Source of the DNA: a phage
Sequence record: PZ445473.1
Reading direction: 5' to 3' (one strand)
Length of the DNA stretch: 64,000 nt
Shown: piece after piece, positions 20,131-30,384 of the stretch
How positions within the stretch are numbered: position 1 is the stretch's first letter
Layout of the letters: every line of letters begins with the position of its first letter
Made by a program: the position numbers and the translations under genes
The notes under the pieces: model-generated
Databases searched by the model: none
Seen by the model: the letters and a program-made list of their open reading frames with translations, nothing else
What the model was told of the DNA's origin: nothing

Positions 20131-23100
20131 ATGGCTAACATTAAACCGTGGGAAGAAGCTTCCAAAGCTCCTGCGTATCTGAATGCCTCTCCAGAGCGTC
20201 AAGCTCAAATGAGAGAACAATATAAGGCAGCAGGTGGCTTTATTCCTGAGGAACAACCAGTAGCACAACCACAACAAGAAGAACGTGGTGTTATAGGTGA
20301 GTTTGCTCAAGGTGTGTCAAATGCTCTTCAGTCCGGCAGTGCTAATATCTCTGCTAACCTTTCTAGAGGTATTGGCGGTTTAGTTGAGATTGGTGAAGAC
20401 CTAGTTGGAGCACAAACCGGCTATGGTAAACGTATGCAAGAGAACGCCCAGAATCTTCTTAAAGAACGTATGGATAAGATCGAGGATGGGATTGGTAAGA
20501 CAGCTGGGCAGTATGCTGGGGTGGTTGCTGATGTAGGTTTGACGGTTGCTAACCCAGCTTTGGCTGCTGCTGTCATTGCTGGACGTGAAGCAGGTCGTGC
20601 TTATGCTGACCAAACCCCAGAAGAGGGGGAAGACAAGTCAGTGTTAGATGCTGCTCTTGTTGGTGGTGCTAACTTTGTAGCTCAGAAGATTCTTCCGGGT
20701 GCCGTTGGTACAGCTGAATCCACACTTGGTCGTATCGGTCAGAACGTTGCTAGTAACGCAGTGGCTGGTGCTAAGGGTGGTGCTATTGTTGGTGCTGCTG
20801 AAGCTCAAAACAAATATGGGGATGATAACAATCTAGCTAGGACATTAGAAGGTGTTATCGAAGAAGGGGGCATAGGTGCTGCATTCGGTGGTGCAGTTGG
20901 TGGTGTTCATGGTTTGATTAGCCGTCCGGATTCTGCTGTCTTCAAGAATACTCCAGAATATGCAAAGACTGACATTGCTGCTGACGATGAGCTGATTCGT
21001 AGTGCTAAGACTGTTGATGAACTGAAAGAAGCCTACTCTAAAGCTGAAACTGCTAACGCCGCTTCCGCTCTTAATCTTCTGGATGAGAATGGATTCCGTA
21101 TTACTGATGCTGTTGCTTTAGATTCTCCTGCTGCTCAGCGTATTCTTAATACAGACCAAGCCAGTGCTGAGAAAGCTGCTTCTGCTCAGAAAGAGCATTC
21201 TAACATTCCGGGCCTCAATCCTTTGGCTCCTCCTGCTAAGACTCGTGGTAAAGCATTCGCTGATAACGAGCACAACCAGAAGAAAGCTGTCGCTATGAAA
21301 GATGCAATGGCTGACTACACCAAGGATAACACGAAAGCTCTTACAGATGTTCTAGATAACCTAGACCGTGAATTAACTGCTTACCGAGCTGCTGATGATT
21401 TTACTGGCAATCCACTTGATGTCAAGAATCGCACACAAGCTGACCGTGACTTCGTTGATGCTTATAAGACTTTCTATAATGAAGCAAATCGATTCAAAGC
21501 TCGTGATGGTGAAGACTTTAACAACTTTGTAGAGAAAGCTACTGAGCTACGGAAGATGGCTGATAACGTTTCTCCAGAGATGAAGAAAGCTATTAGTGGG
21601 TTGAAGAAACTGAAAGGTATGCCTGAAGGTTTTAACCCTATTCAAGATGCTTATACTCTGAACAATGCAGCTAAGTTCATGAGCAACCAAGACCGTGGTT
21701 GGACTTCCCTGACCGATGATGGATTCCGTGAGGCTTCTTCTCCTAGTCTGGTTATGAACACACTCGGTGCTGCTAAGTATGCTCTGAATCGCTTCTCTTC
21801 TCAGCGTGCTCGCTCTCAACGTGTTAAGCAACAAGAAGCTAACAGCGAAGCTATCCGCTCTCTGGCTCGTGGTGATTTGGAAGTTGCTCGTGCTAAATCT
21901 ACTGCTGATGAAGCTCGTGCTAAAATGGAAGAAGAACCAGTTGTTGATGACATTAAATTTAAGACGCAAAATGACGTGGAAACCGAACCGGTTCGGGAGC
22001 CTTCTTCTAGTACTGTGACGGAAGAAAATCTTCCTTCTTCCACTCCTCAAGAAGCCCCTCTTACAGCTCGCGATTTAGTTGCTCAAAGACGTGCAGTTAA
22101 GCAGGCAGAACAGCGTCGTGCTCAAGAAGAGGCCGCACAGGCTCCAGAACCCACTGTAGAGGAACCAACAGTCAAAGCCGAGCCATTACCTGCCCGTGCT
22201 CCTAAAGCTCCTAAGGAGTCTATACAGGACGTTAAACCGGCAAGTGGTGTAGAACGTTTAGCTGCCATGTCTAGTGCTGCTCGTCAGGCTACTATAGATC
22301 GTGCAGAACGTTTTGCTCGTTCTCTGTACTCTCAGACTGCTAAGGCTAAGGCCACTGCTGAAAACTTCTTGGCTTACAAGGGAAGTTATAGGGAGTTGAT
22401 GCGTCGGATTCGTCAGGAAGATAATGCTATCAACACTGAGCGTCATGAAGAGATGGCTCGTAATCAGCTAGCTTCTCAGCAAGGTATTGCTACTGCTAAG
22501 AACAACACTGTACGAACTAACTTTGCTGAATGGGTTAAGGAACGTGGTCTGCCAGAAGACATTGCTACTAAGGCATTACGTGCTGAAGAGAAGGGTTTAG
22601 ATGGGAACGTGACTAACTTAGATAGTCTGAAACGTCGTGCTGAAAGGTTGTATCAGAAGCAGCGTGAGGACGAGTTTGATAGACTGTATCAACAGGCTCT
22701 GGAAGAGAATAAAGCTTTTGATAAGAAGAATGCTCCTAAACTGGCTGACCAGAAGAAAGAGCTTCAATCTGAGATTGACACTTTGATTGATTCAGAACCT
22801 TTACGTCCTGCTCAGAAAGATGCTATGCGTAAACTAATGAATGACTTTGTAGATGAGAAGTTTAAATCTTCAGAGAAGGCTGGTAGGGAAGAAGCTTTGG
22901 AAGTAGGTCAGATGAAGGATATTTGGGATGGGTTTATTAACACCTATAACAGAGAAGTGAATGCCTTCAACAAAGCTAACAAGAACTCTCAGTATGAGGC
23001 TGCTGCTAAACACTTGCAGGCTCGTGAGGAGCGTCTTATCTCTTTACGTAACAGAGCAGAAGCTCGTGCTCAAGCGAAAGCTACAGCAGAAGCTGAACGT

Positions 23101-24438
23101 CAGTTACTCGAAGCTATTGCTGGTCAGAAGACTGAGATAGAGAAGATGTTTGATGAGTTACCTAAACCTGTCCGCGAGGCTCAGGAAAGCCGTACTCTGA
23201 AACAGCTTGCAGCTCACCATGATAAGAACTCCCCTGTTCCTCCAGAACGTTTCCGTAGTATTATCGAACGTATCCACAACGCCGAGTCAGATTACCTTGA
23301 TCGTCAGCGTCGTTTAACTGATGCAGAAGAAGATGCTCGTCAGGCTAAGTGGAACAAAATGTATGAGCAAGCGGAAGAGATGGACCGTAAGTTTGAGATA
23401 GACAAAAGGGTTAAGCGCAGTGAAGAGCTTAAAGCGGCTCAGAAGCGTGAGAATGACCTTATGGCGGTACAACGTCAACGTGACGACATCCATCGTCGCC
23501 TGATGCATACTTTGGAGGATAGGGGAATATCTAAAGAGGATGCTGAAGCATTTGCTGGTTCCTACATGGATAACCGTTATGCACTTCTTGATAAGCCTAT
23601 GACTCCTACTGAACATCAGAATGCTCGTTCTCGTATTGAGGCTGATGTTGAGAAGTTTGCTAAGAAGTACGAATCAATGACTCCTATTGAGAAAGAGATT
23701 GTTAAGGTTACTGGAGATACTGAAGGTAAGCTTGATAACTTGGATGCGGATACTAGGAAGGCTATTGAGGAGGCTCAGAAGGTAGACTCTGATATTAAGA
23801 AACTGCAAGAGGAAGAGATGGAGATGGAGAAGATTCGTTCTGCTCTGCCTGATGATGAAAGATCTCAAGCAAATTCTGATATCTTGGAAAGCATTAAACA
23901 GCAGGAAGAAGCCTTTGCTGATAAAGCAGAGAAAGCTTTCTTGAATGGGAAGAGCTTGGATGAGTTGGCTAGTGTGGCTGAAGTTTTAGACAGGGTTCAT
24001 GGTGCAGACAAGGCTGGTAACAACCGTCGCTTTGTACGTGCATTGCAGACTGCTGCTGAAAACAAGAAGAAGTATGGTGATAATCCGGTAGCTTGGTTTA
24101 GTGCTGATGATTATTCTGCTATTGCTAAACTTGGTGCTTCTTCCGCAGGTGGTAACAAATCTAGAGCACTGGAGAAAATCTTTGGTTCTACAGCTGAACA
24201 GGCTAAGAGTAAGTTGCTTGGCAGGGATGATGTAGCGAAGATGAGACGTGTAATTGAAGAGAACCCTGATATTAAGATTCCTTCTTACAAGACAACGAAT
24301 CGTACTGAGTACTTGCAGTTCTTGGAGAAGTTTAATGACGAAGGGAAGCCGAAGATTAAACGTGGCTCATTGTCAGAGAAGCTTGAACGCAGTAAGCGTC
24401 AATCGAGACTCCGTGTAAGAGTTCGATCTAAGGAGTGA
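20131..24438 (+). CDS. large internal virion/ejection-type protein (highly charged, helical)
   Basis: ATG at 20131 with AAAGGAG RBS; the track start at 20086 is upstream of the RBS; 1,436 aa rich in Ala/Glu/Lys/Arg. Confidence 0.5.
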   Translation: MANIKPWEEASKAPAYLNASPERQAQMREQYKAAGGFIPEEQPVAQPQQEERGVIGEFAQGVSNALQSGSANISANLSRGIGGLVEIGEDLVGAQTGYGKRMQENAQNLLKERMDKIEDGIGKTAGQYAGVVADVGLTVANPALAAAVIAGREAGRAYADQTPEEGEDKSVLDAALVGGANFVAQKILPGAVGTAESTLGRIGQNVASNAVAGAKGGAIVGAAEAQNKYGDDNNLARTLEGVIEEGGIGAAFGGAVGGVHGLISRPDSAVFKNTPEYAKTDIAADDELIRSAKTVDELKEAYSKAETANAASALNLLDENGFRITDAVALDSPAAQRILNTDQASAEKAASAQKEHSNIPGLNPLAPPAKTRGKAFADNEHNQKKAVAMKDAMADYTKDNTKALTDVLDNLDRELTAYRAADDFTGNPLDVKNRTQADRDFVDAYKTFYNEANRFKARDGEDFNNFVEKATELRKMADNVSPEMKKAISGLKKLKGMPEGFNPIQDAYTLNNAAKFMSNQDRGWTSLTDDGFREASSPSLVMNTLGAAKYALNRFSSQRARSQRVKQQEANSEAIRSLARGDLEVARAKSTADEARAKMEEEPVVDDIKFKTQNDVETEPVREPSSSTVTEENLPSSTPQEAPLTARDLVAQRRAVKQAEQRRAQEEAAQAPEPTVEEPTVKAEPLPARAPKAPKESIQDVKPASGVERLAAMSSAARQATIDRAERFARSLYSQTAKAKATAENFLAYKGSYRELMRRIRQEDNAINTERHEEMARNQLASQQGIATAKNNTVRTNFAEWVKERGLPEDIATKALRAEEKGLDGNVTNLDSLKRRAERLYQKQREDEFDRLYQQALEENKAFDKKNAPKLADQKKELQSEIDTLIDSEPLRPAQKDAMRKLMNDFVDEKFKSSEKAGREEALEVGQMKDIWDGFINTYNREVNAFNKANKNSQYEAAAKHLQAREERLISLRNRAEARAQAKATAEAERQLLEAIAGQKTEIEKMFDELPKPVREAQESRTLKQLAAHHDKNSPVPPERFRSIIERIHNAESDYLDRQRRLTDAEEDARQAKWNKMYEQAEEMDRKFEIDKRVKRSEELKAAQKRENDLMAVQRQRDDIHRRLMHTLEDRGISKEDAEAFAGSYMDNRYALLDKPMTPTEHQNARSRIEADVEKFAKKYESMTPIEKEIVKVTGDTEGKLDNLDADTRKAIEEAQKVDSDIKKLQEEEMEMEKIRSALPDDERSQANSDILESIKQQEEAFADKAEKAFLNGKSLDELASVAEVLDRVHGADKAGNNRRFVRALQTAAENKKKYGDNPVAWFSADDYSAIAKLGASSAGGNKSRALEKIFGSTAEQAKSKLLGRDDVAKMRRVIEENPDIKIPSYKTTNRTEYLQFLEKFNDEGKPKIKRGSLSEKLERSKRQSRLRVRVRSKE

Positions 24439-24447
24439 TAAAAGAAA

Positions 24448-24484
24448 AGCCCTCAACCGAAAGGAAGAGGGCTTTATTGTTTCT
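24448..24484. terminator. bidirectional terminator at the convergence point of the two arms
   Basis: AGCCCTC-12 nt loop-GAGGGCT flanked by an A-run upstream and a T-run downstream. Confidence 0.6.
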
Positions 24485-24652
24485 AGAGGTTATTGATGAA
24501 ATTAATCAGACGTTCTTCACTATCATCAAAAGCTTTTCCAGCTGCTTCCATGTCCCAAGTATTGGCATTGTCAATAAAGCTCTGAGCTTCTAATAGATCG
24601 TGGATTAAGTCGAAGAGTTTATTTTTATCTGATTGTGTGATCATGTAAGTTC

Positions 24653-24880
24653 CTAGATTAAATCGTAATATTGAATAATGTCAGAGAGTTTGAACTCTCG
24701 AATCTCGTCTTTCTCTACATCTATCGCTGTCATAATCCAACAAGGTTTGCCACAGTTATGAAAACGGGAGCTAGCAACGGAGGTTCGGAGTGGAATAACG
24801 GACCGGTCAGCAACCTCGCCTCTCCAATTGCGATAGCGAAAGCGAAGCACTTGTTGCGTAGATTTTTGATCATCACTCAT
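24653..24880 (-). CDS. hypothetical small protein
   Basis: Internal ATG at 24880 preceded by AAGGAA RBS; the longer track ORF overlaps the HNH gene. Confidence 0.35.
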   Translation of the reverse strand: MSDDQKSTQQVLRFRYRNWRGEVADRSVIPLRTSVASSRFHNCGKPCWIMTAIDVEKDEIREFKLSDIIQYYDLI

Positions 24881-25274
24881 TTCCTTTTTTGAATTGTTTT
24901 CTTGCATCATTCTCTTCTTTTGTTTTAATCTTATGACAAGGATCTTTACACAGAACCTGAAAACCTTCTTTCTCACACAGAGCACGAGAGATGATTTCAT
25001 CCCAAGTAGCTTCATGGTCAAGAGGTACTATAGGCTCTATGTGGTCAATAGCCATATCCTTTACAGGGTGGTCAGAACCACACATGGCACACCTAAAGTG
25101 CATTGCCAGTCTACCTGTCTTTGGATTAATCTTCTGCTCTGTCTTGGCTTCTGCTAGTGCATCGAACATGGGCTTCCACTTTCTAGTCAGAGAACGAATC
25201 CCTGACTTAATGAAAGAGTTGTAACGAGCTTCAGTCCAAGTTCCACTACAGCGTGTCTTCTCAGACTTCGCCAT
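24873..25274 (-). CDS. HNH endonuclease
   Basis: CAMCGSDHPVKDMAIDHIEPI...LCKDPCHKIK matches the HNH Cys-box and His-Asn-His pattern. Confidence 0.65.
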   Translation of the reverse strand: MAKSEKTRCSGTWTEARYNSFIKSGIRSLTRKWKPMFDALAEAKTEQKINPKTGRLAMHFRCAMCGSDHPVKDMAIDHIEPIVPLDHEATWDEIISRALCEKEGFQVLCKDPCHKIKTKEENDARKQFKKGNE

Positions 25275-25440
25275 AATCAGCTTCTTCCCAAACTCGTTTG
25301 TTTACACGATGACTCACTTTGCCCTCACGAGGAATACGACCTGTCCGCTGATCAAACAGTTGATGTTTAATCTTTTGATCTTTACGAGATTCACGATTGG
25401 AGGAGTTTTCATCATATGAACGATAATCAAATTTACCCAT
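25261..25440 (-). CDS. hypothetical small protein (below track size cutoff)
   Basis: 59-aa ORF with AAGGAT RBS; overlaps the HNH start. Confidence 0.3.
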   Translation of the reverse strand: MGKFDYRSYDENSSNRESRKDQKIKHQLFDQRTGRIPREGKVSHRVNKRVWEEADYGEV

Positions 25441-25453
25441 TATAATATCCTTA

Positions 25454-26272
25454 TTACCAAGATTTATCTAACCATGTCCAGTCGAACAGGTCTTCCGGAG
25501 CCTGACCAACAAAGAGAAGCCGAGCATTCTCAAGCATTTTCTCTTCATCTTCAGTATCGAACTTCTTATAATATTCCATTCGTACTATATGATACATGGT
25601 CCACTTATCTGTAACCCCAGCCAACAACTTAGCTGCTGCTTTCTTCCCTATCCCTTGACGTCGAAGCTGGAGCTTACCGCCCCACATCACTTCTTTACGT
25701 TCACCACATCCGGGAATATTATCTGTTCCATCTCCAATCAGCATCTGATAGAAGAAATTTTGCCATGAAACTAAATCAGATACGTAGTGAGGAGGAACCT
25801 CTTTTTGTCTTTCTCCACAAGCCCAACGGTAATGCCATCCGGGAGTTATTAACAAATCTTTGTCTCTAGTACAGATGATAGTGTTCTTATCTCTACGTTG
25901 CCTTTCAGCTAGTGCATCATCAGCCTCTCTCCCAAATACATCTATGTATTCATACTTACCTTTAATATAATCACCGACATTTTGCCAGTGAAAAGGTCTT
26001 TCTCCGGGAGGTCTGTTTGCTTTGTAGTCTTGCTGCTTAGCAACATCGAAACGGAAGTTACCGCCTTCGCTGAAGTAGAACACAACCTTGCTGCAACCTG
26101 AGCGAGCAATGATAGTATCTATCTTGTACTGAAGTCGTTCAATCATGAAATTATAATCAACTGGAACACGTCCTGTGTCAAGAAAGGGATGCTCCTGAGT
26201 AAGAGCACCCACTTCATATCGAAGAACGTCAGCATCCACTATAGCTATTTCAGGGAGCTTAACGTCTTCCAT
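25454..26272 (-). CDS. 5'-3' exonuclease / flap endonuclease
   Basis: LIGDGTDNIPGCGERKEV...GIGKKAAAKLLAG matches the GD.SDNIPG...GIG..A..LL helix-3-turn-helix motif of the FEN family. Confidence 0.7.
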   Translation of the reverse strand: MEDVKLPEIAIVDADVLRYEVGALTQEHPFLDTGRVPVDYNFMIERLQYKIDTIIARSGCSKVVFYFSEGGNFRFDVAKQQDYKANRPPGERPFHWQNVGDYIKGKYEYIDVFGREADDALAERQRRDKNTIICTRDKDLLITPGWHYRWACGERQKEVPPHYVSDLVSWQNFFYQMLIGDGTDNIPGCGERKEVMWGGKLQLRRQGIGKKAAAKLLAGVTDKWTMYHIVRMEYYKKFDTEDEEKMLENARLLFVGQAPEDLFDWTWLDKSW

Positions 26273-26273
26273 A

Positions 26274-27444
<1,171 letters not shown>

Positions 27445-27692
27445 AATGCATCTCTTTATAAATAGTTTCCGTGTTCTTCTTCCAGTTAGATAAACCGGTA
27501 AGAACCCTCTGAGCAACTTCATCAGCTGCCTTACTTCTTTCAATCTCTAACTCTTGTTGATGCTTTTCTTTATCCAGATTGTTACTATCTGTTCTGTACT
27601 CATTAAACTTCATTCCGCCAAAGAACACCAGAGCAGAGAAGATAACAAATCCTAGATTATCACTTAAAGTGCTTTGCATATTGACCCCAACG

Positions 27693-27716
27693 AAAAAAGC
27701 CACCCGAAGGTGGCTA
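27693..27716 (-). terminator. rho-independent terminator (minus strand)
   Basis: Minus-strand AGCCACC-TTCG-GGTGGCT followed by TTTTTT. Confidence 0.55.
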
Positions 27717-27736
27717 AGCTATAACAAGGAGAGTTA

Positions 27737-28483
27737 TTAGAATGGGCTGTCGTTGTCGTCTTCGTAGGTAGAAGCAGGCTCTTTATCAATCGTAGGGATT
27801 GAAGGGGTAGCTTCTTTCTGTTCTGTTTCAGAAGCACGAGTAATTTCACGACCAGCCAGAGGAATGTTCTTAGCGTCATTAGCTTGAGTAAGCAGGTTGC
27901 GCTGGAACGGGAACATCAGTTGATAAGATGCTACGTTCTCATCGGTTTCCGCATACGGTTCGAAGAATACCAGAGGACTACGAGCTTCACCAACTGCTGC
28001 ACGATATTTGGTTGGGATTGGAGAAATGGTTTTGATGGAGTTTTTAACTTCACCAGCTTTGTTAGTGTAGGAGTTAACCAGAATGTTAACAGGCTGACCT
28101 AACAGCACATCCTTAAACCAAGACAGATCACCTTTCAGTGCTTGAATGCTTGGGTCAATCATCTTGCAAAGATCAAGGATACCAGAGTTCTTAGCTCGTG
28201 GGTTTACATCATAACTCTTGAACTGGCAAGCAGGACGTGGTTCTAATGCCTTACCATCGGAATCTTTACCCGTAGCATCAACACCAATCAGCTCGAAAGC
28301 CAAATCCATACGGAAAGCTGGATTCTTAGGAGTTACTGCTTTGGTCTTCGGGTCAATCCAAGGGTCACGATTGTGAACACCCAAACCTACTACACGAACA
28401 ATACGTGCTTCGTATTCACCATCAGGGATTACATCGTAGTTGGATTTACGAGAAGAAGTTGCGATAGTTGGAATCATAGACAT
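27737..28483 (-). CDS. ssDNA-binding protein-like (acidic C-terminal tail ending in Phe)
   Basis: 248 aa ending YEDDNDSPF, resembling the acidic C-terminal tail of SSB proteins. Confidence 0.45.
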   Translation of the reverse strand: MSMIPTIATSSRKSNYDVIPDGEYEARIVRVVGLGVHNRDPWIDPKTKAVTPKNPAFRMDLAFELIGVDATGKDSDGKALEPRPACQFKSYDVNPRAKNSGILDLCKMIDPSIQALKGDLSWFKDVLLGQPVNILVNSYTNKAGEVKNSIKTISPIPTKYRAAVGEARSPLVFFEPYAETDENVASYQLMFPFQRNLLTQANDAKNIPLAGREITRASETEQKEATPSIPTIDKEPASTYEDDNDSPF

Positions 28484-28541
28484 ATTTTAATTTCCTTATT
28501 TAATTTGAAAGATTGTTGCTCTCTTTGAGCGGTTATGTATA

Positions 28542-28551
28542 GTATACATTA
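28542..28551 (-). promoter_or_regulatory. TAATGTATAC motif (minus strand), about 58 nt upstream of the SSB-like gene
   Basis: Plus GTATACATTA = minus TAATGTATAC; part of the perfect palindrome ATGTATAGTATACAT. Confidence 0.4.
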
Positions 28552-28614
28552 CGCTTATACCGATAAGAGTACTATATAATATAAGTATCTTTGGTAGTAG
28601 ATATAACACACTAG

Positions 28615-28626
28615 TAATGTATATAT
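28615..28626 (+). promoter_or_regulatory. TAATGTATATAT motif on plus strand inside a 420-nt gene-free region
   Basis: CTAGTAATGTATATATTG; oriented away from the SSB gene. Confidence 0.3.
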
Positions 28627-28905
28627 TGTATAGCTGATAAAGTTATTGCAGGCTTGTATATTGGGCAATTCATAGAATCCCTTGCAAGTACCGAAGGGCA
28701 GGAGCCACCTGCGAGATAAAAAATAGAGAATTAAGGAATCCTTGATTTAGGTTGTAGGGACTCCTAGGGACTTTGATTCTCTATTTAAAAGAATAAATAA
28801 TTACTATATCTAATACTAAACAGACTGAAACAAAGATAAGAAACTTCTTATAAATACTCATTACTTATCATCTAAATAGTTAACTAATCTCTGATATAAA
28901 GAAGT

Positions 28906-29094
28906 TTAAATCAAGCATCCATCACAAACATAGTCTCCACTAAGAGACTCTTGTAACAAACGATTTTGTTCCTCTGAATATAGAGAATTTACTAATTCTT
29001 TTAACTCTGAAAGAGTGATGAAATCAATAGTATTTCCATTATCTAAAATAGAAGAGTTAAGTAAATATTCATTGTCTTTAATTTTATTAATCAT
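28906..29094 (-). CDS. hypothetical small protein
   Basis: 62-aa ORF. Confidence 0.35.
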   Translation of the reverse strand: MINKIKDNEYLLNSSILDNGNTIDFITLSELKELVNSLYSEEQNRLLQESLSGDYVCDGCLI

Positions 29095-29391
29095 TCTTCA
29101 TTTCCTTTTACTTCAGCGTAGACTTTGATAATGCCCTTAAGAACTTCCTTAGAAGCAATAGCACTTTCTTCAGAGGTGTGAATAGTAGAAAACTCTTTCT
29201 TTCCAATCTTGTAAGTGTGAACCCAAATCATACTTATTCCTCGTATTCCCAATTTCTTTCATAATATCCAGAGTTATAATTTAGAGCGCATCTCTCAGCC
29301 TCTTCTATGTCATCAGTGTTTAGGATATTTACCCACCCACCAACTTCATCAAAACCTTCTTCCTCTTCGTTAAACCATACACTATACTTTT

Positions 29392-29784
29392 TCATCGAAT
29401 CACCAAAGGCTCTTCAGAGTACACAGGAGCGGCTATTTCTACAGGAGGTGCTGCCCTAAGGTCATTAAGTCTTACTCCCTTCAGCATCCCATCTAGGTGG
29501 TCCTTTTTGGGTATTCCAACAGGGAAGTCGTCAATCCAGATATCTACAAAGAAACCTAACTGGCGACATACGTCATCTTTCTGAACACCATTGCAAAAGA
29601 TGATAGGAATCTGCAAACGCTCTGCATCAATCTTAATGTCATGATTATCATACCCATTAGGCTCTGCAAAGCGATAAGTTACAAAACGTACATCATAACC
29701 TTTGGCTTGCATTAATGCCACCACAGATCGCCACAGCTCTTTATCTGAGGTGTAAGTATCATCGTAATCTAAACCAATATTCAT
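29392..29784 (-). CDS. hypothetical protein
   Basis: 130-aa ORF. Confidence 0.45.
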   Translation of the reverse strand: MNIGLDYDDTYTSDKELWRSVVALMQAKGYDVRFVTYRFAEPNGYDNHDIKIDAERLQIPIIFCNGVQKDDVCRQLGFFVDIWIDDFPVGIPKKDHLDGMLKGVRLNDLRAAPPVEIAAPVYSEEPLVIR

Positions 29785-30022
29785 GTTGAATCCTTTTAGA
29801 CAAGAAAAGCCGCCCTAAGGCAGCTTCTTATTTAACTATTCACTTTAGCTTCAAGTGTTTCATTTTCAATACTCAAGTCAATCACTACGCCAGTAAGCTC
29901 AACGACTGCTTGGCGAAGGGCGTCTTTACCCATAGAATGTACTTGAGATAAGAAGAAAGCTTTACCTTCTTCCGTGGATAGGGTTTCTTTTAATTCAGAA
30001 GCAGTCATTGATATTCCTTATT

Positions 30023-30214
30023 TTACATTGTATAAATTCGCATGATTGTACCACCATCAGCTTCAATAGCAGAAACAACTTCATCTCGTTCTTCATCCGT
30101 GTACACTAGTACGCTTTTAAACGAGCCAGTCACATCTGTGTACAAAATGTTGTACTTGGGAGGTGGTTTACGGTAAATACCTTCCATCATTCTTTCTCCT
30201 CTCGTTCTTTCCAC
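30023..30214 (-). CDS. hypothetical small protein
   Basis: 63-aa ORF. Confidence 0.35.
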   Translation of the reverse strand: MERTRGERMMEGIYRKPPPKYNILYTDVTGSFKSVLVYTDEERDEVVSAIEADGGTIMRIYTM

Positions 30215-30384
30215 AGTTCAGCAAGCTCTAGGTAGAACTCAGCTTCATCAGGACGTCCTTGTTCATTACAGATGGCGCTTTGACGATAACACCAATCTGA
30301 TGGCATCTCTTCCACTTCAATCTCCTTATTATGAACTAATCAATAAGACTAGTTCATTTGTATTTCAATCTTTCAGTTCTGAAT

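Noticed and set aside
20131-24438. Virion-packaged RNA polymerase as the identity of the 1,436-aa protein
   Set aside because: It is far shorter than known virion RNA polymerases and I could not recognise polymerase catalytic motifs; its charged helical composition fits an internal or ejection protein better.
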